Positions 53,471 to 64,000 of a stretch of DNA of 64,000 bases are shown in pieces. Under the pieces are notes generated by a model. The model ran no database searches and was not told the origin of the DNA. It saw only the letters and a list, made by a program, of their open reading frames with translations. The translations under genes and the position numbers were made by a program. How positions within the stretch are numbered: position 1 is the stretch's first letter; each line of letters begins with the position of its first letter. The DNA is from Octopus sinensis (taxonomy: Eukaryota): assembly GCF_006345805.1 (NCBI RefSeq), contig NC_043001.1, positions 115,320,001 through 115,384,000 of the forward strand, written 5' to 3'.

Positions 53471-54107
53471 TCGTAATAAATGAAGGGTGAAATTAATTAA
53501 TTTGGAATAATTATCAATTACACCAAGTAGTCTTCGGCATGTAAAAGCCTCATTCGAGGAAAATTTAAGTAATACTAAGCAATAAAGGGTTTAGCAACGA
53601 ATTGCCTTACCACTACCGAATTTAGAAATAGCAGTCAAAGAGTTATAGCTATTTCTTCTACTAAAAAGGGAGATCTCAGTAAAAACTGCAATTGGAAGGC
53701 AGACACAAACAGGTAAGAGAGAATGAATTGACGGCAATCTATCATACAATTTTAAGTTATCTACGGACGTACGTTTCGAAATCAAGTTTTTAGGAAAGCA
53801 TAAGAATTAAATATTAAATATTAAATATTAAATAATTCTATCTCACCAAAACTTCTTTTCTCTTCAGCGTAGAATACTATAATCATAAATGATTATATAT
53901 TGAATTTTGAGATACTAGAAGGCACCAACTCAACTCAGTATCAGAGCGAGCTAGAATCCGCAACTAGTATCACCAAACTCAATGTTTGAATGAAAAGATT
54001 GTGTCACCAGCCCCTTCCCACCCGCGTGTAGCCAAAACAAGATGCTGTGGTCATCTACTGAGATAAAATATGGTTATCCGTTATAATGAAGGGTGAAATT
54101 AATTAAT
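53467..54107. repeat. Family-X repeat, ~606-bp unit plus ~35-bp terminal redundancy, between (TA)n tracts
   Basis: gttatc..aatgaagggtgaaattaattaat occurs at 53467-53501 and 54073-54107. The body matches 71-452. Confidence 0.8.
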
Positions 54108-54118
54108 ATATATATATA

Positions 54119-55373
54119 TTAGGTTGTTTCACATGAAATGGCGCATCTTTAATTACTTGTTATTTCAGTTATTTAAAAGCTCAATTATGTATACCTTGCA
54201 TTTAATCTTGACTCTTTTCCTTTCCCAACAATATTGGTATGCAAAATTCGTACCCACAGACCTTATGAAAATGATATTAACCAAATTATGCTGAGGGATT
54301 TTCTTGTATGAATACAAAATGGGTTACTCTGCCGCAGAAGCTCTACGGAATATCAAGCAGGCCTTTGGTAATGGTTTTGTTGACATCAGAACTGTTCAAA
54401 GATAGTTCCAAAGTTCTCGTTCAGGAGGTGATAGCCTTGAAAATAAACCAAGTGGTAGGTAGGCCGAAATCAGTTATTAGGCATGATAGATTAAATGCTT
54501 TGGTTGAACAAAATCCGAGAACAAAGGTTCGAAAACTTTCCGAACTCTAAACCTCTCGCAAAACTGTTCTTAGACACGTGTAAATAATTGGAAAAACAAG
54601 AAAACGGATAGGTTTGTTCCACATCAACTGAACGAGATTCAAAAATAAAACAGACACCTCGAAGTGTGCTCCTTATTGCTTTCTCGACTGGAAAAATACC
54701 ATTTTTGCATCAAATCATTACCTGTGGTGAGAAATGAGTACTCTTTGATAACAGTAGAAGAACAGGATAGTGATTAGATGCAGGAGAGTCACCTAGACAC
54801 TACCCAAACCCACCATTGCACCCTAAAACGTTAGTGGTCACTGTATGGTGGTCTGCGAAAGGAAGTTATTCAGTATTCATTTTTGCAACAAGGGAAAACG
54901 GTAACAGCAGCATCGTATTGCCAGGAAATTGATTGTGTGCATGAGAATTTGAAAAAGAAGCAACCCAGACTAGTGAATAAAGATGGTCCAATTTTGCTCC
55001 ACGACAATGCACGTCCTCACACTCCTCAAGCTACGGTCCGAAAGTTGCAAAGCCTGAATAATGAAATTTTGCAGCATCTTTCCTATTCCCCTGATATCTT
55101 TCTTACTGATCATCACTTATTTAAGCATTTTGAGTTTTTCATAAGCAATAAAACATTCTTAAATAGAGAAGAGGTAATTGAAGCATTCGAACAGTATATC
55201 ACAGCAAAAGATGATTTTTTTTTTAAAGATGTAATATATATCATAGAGAAATGTTGGATAAACGTCATAAATGAACATGAATCATACTTTGATTAAATAA
55301 ATCAGTTCTCTAACACTTCTGAAACATTTTATTGTTACCTTTCAAATATGACATTTCATGTGAAACAACCTAA
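54119..55373 (+). mobile_element. Near full-length dead mariner (DD34D-type) transposon
   Basis: TA|ttaggttgtttcacatgaaatg ... catttcatgtgaaacaacctaa|TA. Disrupted transposase from about 54265 to 55296: YEYKMGYSAAEALRNI, GRPKS, VPHQL, VTVWWS, LLHDNARPH, SYSPDI..TDHHLF, ...ESYFD*. Confidence 0.95.
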
Positions 55374-55528
55374 TACATCTTAGTCTTTTATGTTTCAGAA
55401 TATAAGCTATTTTTCTCCTGCTATGTTATAAAATATATAAATATATAATAGATTTCCCTGTGTTTTAAACTAGCGATGAGCTCTTTGTTCAAGTTTTGGT
55501 TTTGTTGTTCTGCTGAAAAATACACCCT

Positions 55529-55599
<71 letters not shown>

Positions 55600-55663
55600 A
55601 CACACACACAAATACACACACACAAACACACACAAACACATACACACAAACACACACACATTA

Positions 55664-56680
55664 CTTGAAAATCTCCTCCGATATATGGCATTTGGGGAAT
55701 GAGGGGGCTGATACTGCTGCTCTCATTTGTGTTTCCTGCTGCGAGGTAAGTTCACCTCATGAGAGAAGGAGTTCCAGTTTCGTTTTGAAGACACCTACAT
55801 CCACCAAATGAGGGTCTCTCAGGATTTGGGAAAATTGAAGAATTGTGAGCCCTTGACACCCAAACTGTTACAGTTTCTGGCCCTGTATCTTGATGGTGAT
55901 GTTGGGGTCTTCGGTAGTATGCAGTGGTATACAGCATGCAGTATGCATGCTAACGCCATTTTGGTCTTAGTATAACTTTCAATGCCAAAGTTTAGTACAA
56001 GTTCAAGGATTTTCCAGATGTATACCACTGCTTATATTTCCTACCTTCTTTATAGGGAATATAGTCTTAACTTCTTTGGCCTTTTCCAGTAGTTGACCTG
56101 TCGCATTGAAACGATATTCTTTGTGTAGTTTCATGGGATTGCTTTGGGTTCAGCCATTAATATTACACTGTGAGATAACCATTGTTAGGAGCAGTAGTTT
56201 AAGTGGCTGAGGACATATGTCCTCGAGACGACCACCATGGTTTCTTGTTTTCTCGTTCGGAAATTTCTAAGGATCCATTAGACCGGATGTCTGCGGATTT
56301 TTGCCAACTTGGTAATATGCACCTGGAAAGATGAGTCATTACTCATATTATGCGTAGGTCGCACACAAACTTTGATTCAGAAATGTCAGTCCCTTCTGTG
56401 CCAGTGCATCTTGTCTGTATTTCATTCAACTTCGTGTAATTGTAACACAGGGCTTGGAATTTTCCAGCATTAAACTGCACATTATTGTCCTCACTCCACC
56501 TATACAGGTGGAGTTGCAGGTGCATAACATCTCCAGGATTCTGTATCCTCCGAGAGACTTTTGTATTGCCAGCATAACTTGCTAGGATGGCTATCTGAGC
56601 GGCTGAGAGCATATCTGAGAGAGTGACTATGAATAGCATAGGGCCTAACAGTGTCCTGTGGAGCGCCATTCACTATTTAT
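55664..56680 (-). mobile_element. CR1-like LINE 3' remnant
   Basis: LLGPMLFIV, ASYAGNTKV (YADD equivalent), WSEDNNVQFNAGKFQAL, DLRIMSND, HLNYCS, YIWKILE, VFKTKLE. Confidence 0.9.
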
Positions 56681-56919
56681 GTTTCCTTAGAGGTGGTCCC
56701 GTATATGCATATATATATATACACACACACGCACACACACACACATATAAATATATATATATATAATATTTTATATTTTAATATATTGTATATCATTATC
56801 ATTATTATTATTATTATTATCATTATTATTATTATTATTATTTCATTATATTATATGTAAATATTAATATATATGCACATACACGTGTGTGTTTGTATGT
56901 ATTCATGTATATATATACA

Positions 56920-56953
<34 letters not shown>

Positions 56954-56959
56954 CATGTA

Positions 56960-57001
<42 letters not shown>

Positions 57002-57943
57002 TACATAAATTCTATATGGATACATGCCATGATGCATATTCATATGCCTCTAGAATAATGTACTAATTACATTGTGTCCCCATTAAATTCTTTTCACATC
57101 TAATACATGGAAATTTATTCTGCGCTCTATCTTCCATTCGATATTCGTGAACATCACGTGACATAACACCCCGGTATGATTTTTTCTTTTTCTTTAATTT
57201 CAGTATAGATGGGTAACTAGAGTCTTTCTTACAGATTTTATTTTATGTTCATTTAAGCTTAATCGTTTATTTTTACGGAAATGCCTGACTGGATATACCT
57301 GTATTTCTATTTTTACGTTTTCTAAGTTCTACTACATTGATTGAATAATTTTTAAATAATTTTAAGGACTTACGTAAACTCTGTGCATATATCAGTGAAA
57401 CATTCTGTAGATTTGATATTTTCGAATCTGTCCTCCTTCTTTAAATTACATCATGGTGAAACATATGGGGAAACATATCATTCAATATATTATTATTCTG
57501 AAGCTCCTGCTCGTAGCCAGTCACATACTCGGACGAGAATTCGTGGTTTCTGACTCAGGAAAATGTGTATAAAGCATTTAAACATTCGCTGATGTAGCGA
57601 ATAACCTCCTGGCTCTTTGAAACTCCAGTATAGGCAATTGAAGCAATAATTAATTGAAATAACCATCTATATATCGTACGTTAAGTATGGTACATAGATG
57701 TATTCGTAACATCAGAGACGAATAATTCTCATCTATGCATTTAGCTGCCTGGGAAAAGGCCTAAATAGGTTGATATGCATCTGTCGCTCTCCAGGGACGA
57801 CATTTTCGTGTCTCTCATAGATATTTATTGTATTTTTTTTTAATACAGTAAGTTCATAAGAGATGATATCTCAGTACAAATAATGCAGTAACTGAGTTAT
57901 CAGTGGTGTCTATGCATTAATTATGATAACTAGACGGGTATTT

Positions 57944-58170
<227 letters not shown>

Positions 58171-58510
58171 TCTAAAACCGCACAATACAAAACAAAACTT
58201 GCTCGGAAAACATTAGTGGACAATACATGTATACTACATAGAATTCACAGTAAATATAGACTATTTATAATGGAGGCAATATTGATAACACAGCTCATTG
58301 TTAAAAATATACACACAACCACATCACAAACTATAAAGAGATTAGCATACACATATCGTCAAAAGTGCTGTCAGCTTTATTAATGATAGAAAATAAAGCA
58401 TCAAAACAATGCGAGATGTCAGTGAGGAATGTCAGAAATCAAGTAAATATAAGTACATACACAGAACAGAAGTACTTGAATAATCAAATACACTTTTAAC
58501 GTGTGCATAT

Positions 58511-58561
<51 letters not shown>

Positions 58562-58564
58562 TAT

Positions 58565-58618
<54 letters not shown>

Positions 58619-58703
58619 AGAAGGTAGAAAAGGAACACACGAGTTGATATAAATGGGAAAAAAGTCAAGGTAGAAAATGCTAAAATAATTTTATTAAAAA
58701 CAT

Positions 58704-58746
58704 TTCAGTACCGGTTTCAGTCATTGAGACTTTTTCAACTGTAAGT
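58704..58746 (-). ncRNA. Minimal type-I hammerhead-like motif with U3/A8 core variant
   Basis: Minus strand ttacag TTGAAAA agtc-tcaat-gact GAAA CCGG TA|ctgaaa: 4-bp stem II, palindromic stem III, GUA triplet, stem I 5/6 pairs. Confidence 0.55.
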
Positions 58747-58975
58747 ATGGAAAACAATTAAATTTTGGAAAAATTTTTTAAAAAGTGTTTTTAAAAGAAT
58801 ATTTGTATAGTGTTCAAATACAAGGAGCACTTTCCTTGTTTCTGCCTGTTTCTGTCTCTTTTGTTTACTCTCGTGAGTTCGAGGTCGTTGTGAATCCTTT
58901 GTAAGGAAGAAGAAGAAGAAGAAGAAGAAGAAGAAGAAGAAGAAGAAGAAGAAGAAGAAGAAGAAGAAGAAGAAG

Positions 58976-59355
58976 AATGCAGGAGTGCCATGATAGTAGT
59001 ATGTTAAATGGCCAAGTGCCCTGAAAGTGACCCGTTGTGGATGGTAGTAGTGATTGAATTCCTGAGACATCTCTTTTGAACATTTTCGTTATAAAATTTG
59101 CGTAGGTGGTATTCTAAACAGCAATAGTGGTAAAGTTAGGAAGGAGGTGGCGGAGAGGAAGAAGACGAAGAAGAAGAAAGAGAAGGGAGAATAAGAAAGA
59201 ATGTAGGTAGTATGATCGTAGTAAGGTATTAAATGGTCAAGTGACCTAAAAGTGGTTCGTTATGGATTTTAGCAGTGATTGGAACTTTCTTTTAATGAAT
59301 TCTTGGGAATCTCTTTAATGTATTATTTTAATATTTGCGTGTGTGTTAGTCTAAG
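58976..59355. repeat. Diverged tandem duplication of a ~145-bp unit, each copy preceded by a GAA-rich tract
   Basis: 58976-59120 (ttaaatggccaagtgccctgaaagtgacccgttgtggat) versus 59199-59355 (ttaaatggtcaagtgacctaaaagtggttcgttatggat). Confidence 0.7.
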
Positions 59356-59389
59356 GCCATGGTAGATATGTCGTTTGTTGTAGACGCGT

Positions 59390-59768
59390 TCAAAAGGGGT
59401 CTGTATTTTGTAATAAAGAGAATATCTTTACTAATTCGTTGGCTACAGGTTGTATCGTCCCTGAATTGGTAGAGGGGGGAAATTCTGAAGCTTGGCTGAA
59501 TGCTATTTTTCTGTTTTTGGGAATTTTGATCTGGGATCTGTGCAGAACCATTCTTTTACGTAGACTGTTTTTTGTTTGGCCTATGTATTGACCTTGACAC
59601 CCAGAGCAAGTTAGTGTATATATCAGGTTCTCCGAAGTACATGTGAAGTTACTTTTCACTGTGAAACGTTGTTCCTGTTTGAAGGAGAACTCTGATCCCT
59701 CAATTAAATTGACGCATATCCCACAGTTGGGATATCCACATCGCATCAAAAAAGAATGCGTGATATAA
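59390..59768 (-). mobile_element. Penelope-like GIY-YIG endonuclease fragment
   Basis: CGYPNCGIC...SNFTCTSENLIYTLTCSGCQGQYIGQTKNSLRKRMVLHRSQI. Confidence 0.92.
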
Positions 59769-59867
59769 GGGCTAAAATTCATCCTGGAAAATAACTACCT
59801 CATCTTCAAAGACAATTTCTACCGACAAATATCGGGGACTGCGATGGAAACTAGAATAGCCCCTTCC
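59769..59867 (+). mobile_element. Penelope-like RT fragment, inverted relative to the adjacent endonuclease
   Basis: GLKFILENNYLIFKDNFYRQISGTAMETRIAPS, homologous to GLQIVLGNNY...QGTAIGVKVAPT of the 23310-25322 element. Confidence 0.85.
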
Positions 59868-59925
<58 letters not shown>

Positions 59926-60115
59926 TGTGTGTGTGTGTATATTTGACGGAAACGTCTACAACAATTACATTGGCCCAGCCTTCTATGAGAGTCAGCAACA
60001 TACTATTATAAGCCAGTACTGTTTTATCCTGAAAATGAGTCAATAAAAGTACGAACTTTACTGTTGCAAAGAAACTGTTAGGAACCCTTATAAAATATGA
60101 AAAAATCTATTGATA

Positions 60116-60185
60116 AGGTGGTGCTCCAGCATGACCACAGTCAAATGACGGAAACAAGCAAAAGAGTAAAAGAGTAAGAAAAAAT
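60116..60185 (+). mobile_element. Family-C SINE tail fragment
   Basis: aaggtggtgctccagcatgaccacagtcaaatgacggaaacaagcaaaagagtaaaagag. Confidence 0.75.
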
Positions 60186-60557
60186 AAACTAGAACAGTCA
60201 TGTTCAAAAGACGAATACAATATATGTATGTACGAAACTGTGAATGGGTAGGCTGAAAGAAAGAAAGAAAGAAAGAAGGAAAGAAAGAAAGAAAGATATA
60301 AATATATATAGATATATAGATAGATAGATAGATACATACATACATACATACATACATACATACATACATACATACAAGGTGGCTCAAAAATAACTATACT
60401 CTTGGCTATATTTTAGTAATTGTACATTGTTTGCATTATATATATATATGTGTGTACATAGATATACATACACACACACGTACACACATGTATGTATGGA
60501 TGAAAGTGTATGTTAATCCGCTGGTTTTAACGTACAGGAGAAAAAAGTACTCAATGT

Positions 60558-60623
<66 letters not shown>

Positions 60624-60762
60624 AGAGAGACAGACAGACACACACACACACACACACATACAGAGAAAGAGAGAGAAAGAGGGAGAGAGAGATTGAGAGA
60701 GATAGAGGAATAGATAGAAGATAGAAAGATAGATAGACAGATAGATATATAGACAGATAGAC

Positions 60763-60825
<63 letters not shown>

Positions 60826-61737
60826 CAGATAAGCAGGGGTAGAGATTACATGAAAAAAAAATTTATTGCATGAAATACATGTATAATTGGTTTGTATATA
60901 TATATCCATATGGCTGTATTGAAGCGTTTCACCAACTTTTCTACTAATTGGTGGGCAAAACTGTCGTATATGACAAAACTCTACTATAAGACTTAATGAT
61001 GTTTCGGTTCTAAGTGTAAGCTGAAATAGCTTTCTGCCGTTTTGAGTTGAACCTTCTACCTTTTCGATTTTACAAAAACAATAAGAATAAGCATAACATA
61101 AAGTTTAAAATAAAACTCATACAAACGACCAAACAAACCAATTTCTTCTTCTTCTGCTTATTCTTTTTTAGTTTTCCTCTTCTTCTTCTTCTACTGCCAA
61201 CTTGGTCAGGTTTAGCGTTTGGGTAAGTTTGCGAAAAGTAAGGAAAATTACATTCGTTCTAAATCAAGTTCAAATTGGAAGGTGAAAAACAAGTAAAAAG
61301 ATAAATACACAAATAAATAGATAAATAAATAAAACATTTTCGCTAACGCTAAAGGCTACATACACCCTACTCTCCTTCCTTTGCAGCCACCATTCTTCCG
61401 TTTCCATCTACTCATTAGACTTGTAGATGATAATGTAGAAAATCGATCTAAGAACCCAAAGGATGAGAATGTATCTATTGAATTTGTCCATCGGATCCGT
61501 AATTGGAAGCCTGAAACTCGACAGAGATAGGAGAGAAAAGTGGAAATTGGAGTTGGTAGTATGAAGCACGGGATTCGCTAGAATATTACATTGTCCACAT
61601 AAAAGGAAATCGTTGTATCAATAACCTGCATCTCCGCCAACACCGTCGTCACGTAAATGGCTGCAGTAGCAGTCACATATCATCAGTCAACCACCATGCT
61701 TTCGCTAATACATCCACCACCACCACCACCACCACCT

Positions 61738-61786
<49 letters not shown>

Positions 61787-62700
61787 AATCATCACTTTCT
61801 CTAACTCTGCCACCAACAGCATTTACTCATTACTTTATTTATTGTTATTATTCTTTCCCCCTCGAACCACATCGACCACTTCCAGTAAATAGAACACCCG
61901 TTAACACCAGCATCACGTCGACGTCAACTACAAAAGCCGAGGTAATAAAATCACCAACGTCAAGCCTTAAAACCGTTATAGTTGAAATATCCATCAACTT
62001 ACAAGAATCAATGAATGTGTTTGACCGGAAGCTAATGACACTGTAGTATTCAGATTACAAGCGGGAAGCTCAAATATCTCTCGAAATAAAACAACAATCA
62101 TGGCTTTCTTAGTCATTTTAGACTTTCGGCAACGAATTGGAAGTGGTTCAAACGGTAATTAAATCGCCAAAGTAATTAGCAGCCATGTTTAAAATACACA
62201 GAGAAATTAAAAGGGAACTATCATTAATACGTAGTACAGAGAACCTTTTCGTTCACAAAGTCTTCTTTTCAATGCGAGTCACAAGAGAAGCGAGCTGAGC
62301 TAATGCAACATATTTCTTTCCGGCGTTTTATTAGCAGCCACTCATTGCCAGAAATTCCTATAGAAATCCACTTTCCAGGAATAGAGTTCTGGTTTAGAGT
62401 TACAGCTAGAAGAGTCTACATTTTGATTTGACTTTTATGTAATCCGTTGATGAATGAGACATGTGACACCTCTCATTCGCCATTGCTCTTCATATTATGA
62501 CAGGAATTTTTGCTTCGGTTTGTTTTTGTTTTTTATTGTTTTTCATTTTGTTTTTGGTTTTTTTTCTTGTTTTTTTTTGTTTTCAGCTTAGAAAACCTAA
62601 CTGCAATTAAATGGCTATCTAGAAGGAATTAGTAGATGACACCAGCAGACATGCGACACCTGAGCTCAGTTCAGACGGATCAGTGCAAACAAATAATTAA

Positions 62701-62793
62701 CGGCACTCCGTCGGTTACGACGACGAGCGTTCCAGTTGGTCCGATTAACAGAAGAGACTGCTCATAAGATTAACATACAAGTGATTGAGCACT

Positions 62794-62831
<38 letters not shown>

Positions 62832-63025
62832 TCTTAACGTAGTTCTCAGGGAATGTGATAAGGCTAGCTTCTTAGAATTACTAGTAAAACGCATTTTGAC
62901 CAGTTGGGTGGTCAGGAACAACGTGAAATAAAGTGTGTTGCTCAAGGACACAACATGTCGCCAGAAATCGAACTCGCGAACTTGCGACCGTGAGCCGAAT
63001 ACACTAACCCCTAAACTACGTTCTT
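62701..63025 (-). mobile_element. Family-E SINE with a (CA)n expanded inside its tail
   Basis: Centre ttgtgtccttgagcaacacactttatttcacg, tail ctgagaactacgttaagagcacg(tg)n..gagtgctcaatcacttg...cgtcgtcgtaaccgacggagtgccg. Confidence 0.85.
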
Positions 63026-63534
63026 CGCAAACAATAATAATAACTCCCAATAGAGACAATAGGCCACACACACACTTTATGGTGAGGTACAGTCGATTAA
63101 ATCGACAGCACTTGATCGCGACAGTGAATTAACCGAGTCATTAGAAGCATATATGTTCTAGTTATTATCAATCTAGGTTCAAATTGCATGGAAGCGAACT
63201 TCTTTTATTCTTCCAGGGAAAGATTTTTTTTATTAGTCCTAGGTGGTAGATTGGCGCATCTGTTAGGTCGTCGCAGTATTTGTTTCAGCCTCTTCACGTT
63301 CTGTGTTCAAATACTACTGAGTTCAACATTGCGTTTCATCTTTCAGGGGTCGATTAAATGAAGTACCAGTGTAGAGCCGTAAATTAATAGAATGTTGAAC
63401 AAACTACTTAGTAGTGATTGGGCCGAATTTTAACATTTCAGGTCAAATCTCACGGACGTCAACTTTTCCTTTCATCCTTCCAGCGTCAATAAAATGAAGA
63501 ACCATTGTAAGCATTGGAGCAATTGTTTGAATGG

Positions 63535-63627
63535 AGACTACAGCAGAAGACACTTGCCCAAAGTGTCACGCAGTGGGACTGAACCCGGAACCATGTGGTT
63601 ACGAAGCAAACTTCTCACCACACAGCA
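63535..63627 (-). mobile_element. Family-C SINE head fragment
   Basis: agaagacacttgcccaaagtgtcacgcagtgggactgaacccggaaccatgtgg. Confidence 0.8.
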
Positions 63628-63631
63628 ACTT

Positions 63632-63681
<50 letters not shown>

Positions 63682-64000
63682 TCTCTCTCTCTCTCTCTCT
63701 CACACTCACCATCTGTATGTGTGTGTGCATATATATATACATATATATACAGGTCTATATTTTTAAATGTCTTACTTTGAAAAATTGCATTCGGTGGGAT
63801 TAGTAATATTTTTGGTAGAAATGACTGATTGTCCCTCTTAGCGTTTGGCATGTATGTATAATGCCGTCTGGCATGTATGTATAATGCCCTCTATATATAA
63901 ATTAATATGTTCAATAAGAAATAATTATTTTCGAAATTTTTCTCTCTTATGAGGTTTTTACGCTATCTACCTGACAATTTCTTGTTAAGTTTTCCTTATT

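Noticed and set aside
53528-53562. Hammerhead-like string in family X as a stand-alone ribozyme
   Set aside because: The core has an altered CUGA and GAAG instead of GAAA, and stem I does not pair; kept only as a hint in the family-X finding.
57440-57680. Minus-strand protein-like frame (ASIAYTGVSKSQEVIRYISECL...) with one internal stop
   Set aside because: Unassignable and could be chance.
62050-62420. Repeat-free stretch with several TAAT/ATTA sites, enhancer-like
   Set aside because: Cannot be supported without cross-species conservation or chromatin data.

Overview
AT-rich, microsatellite-saturated eukaryotic DNA with one 100-N assembly gap (4048-4147). The repeat content (tRNA-headed SINEs with Nin/Deu-like and CORE-like bodies, Penelope-like elements, dense TA/CA/TATG/GATA tracts) looks like an octopod cephalopod genome, probably Octopus; this is an inference. 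I could not identify any intact host gene, and nearly all ORFs in the supplied track are microsatellite translation artefacts. The recognisable coding remnants are all decayed transposons: three Penelope-like (RT + GIY-YIG) fragments, a HERO-like (R2 superfamily) LINE split by an internally deleted mariner, a near full-length dead mariner, a Tc1 fragment and a CR1-like LINE. There are also a non-autonomous Helitron, a Merlin-type MITE carrying TTAGGG repeats, small Tc1/mariner MITEs and about 20 SINE copies. The most interesting signal is four type-I hammerhead-ribozyme-like motifs, three of them on the same strand as a nearby Penelope remnant. One (50161-50255) has an intact core and an unusually long stem II, a second long-stem-II motif lies at 26009-26120, and a minimal motif (58704-58746) carries the compensatory U3-A8 core variant. 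Other notable structures are a ~606-bp terminally redundant non-coding repeat sitting in (TA)n tracts, SINEs that swap heads and tails, a head-less SINE tandem array with a fixed junction, and two head-to-head SINE pairs. All homology calls come from reading translated motifs by eye; no database searches were run, and TE boundaries are approximate unless TIRs or TSDs are quoted.
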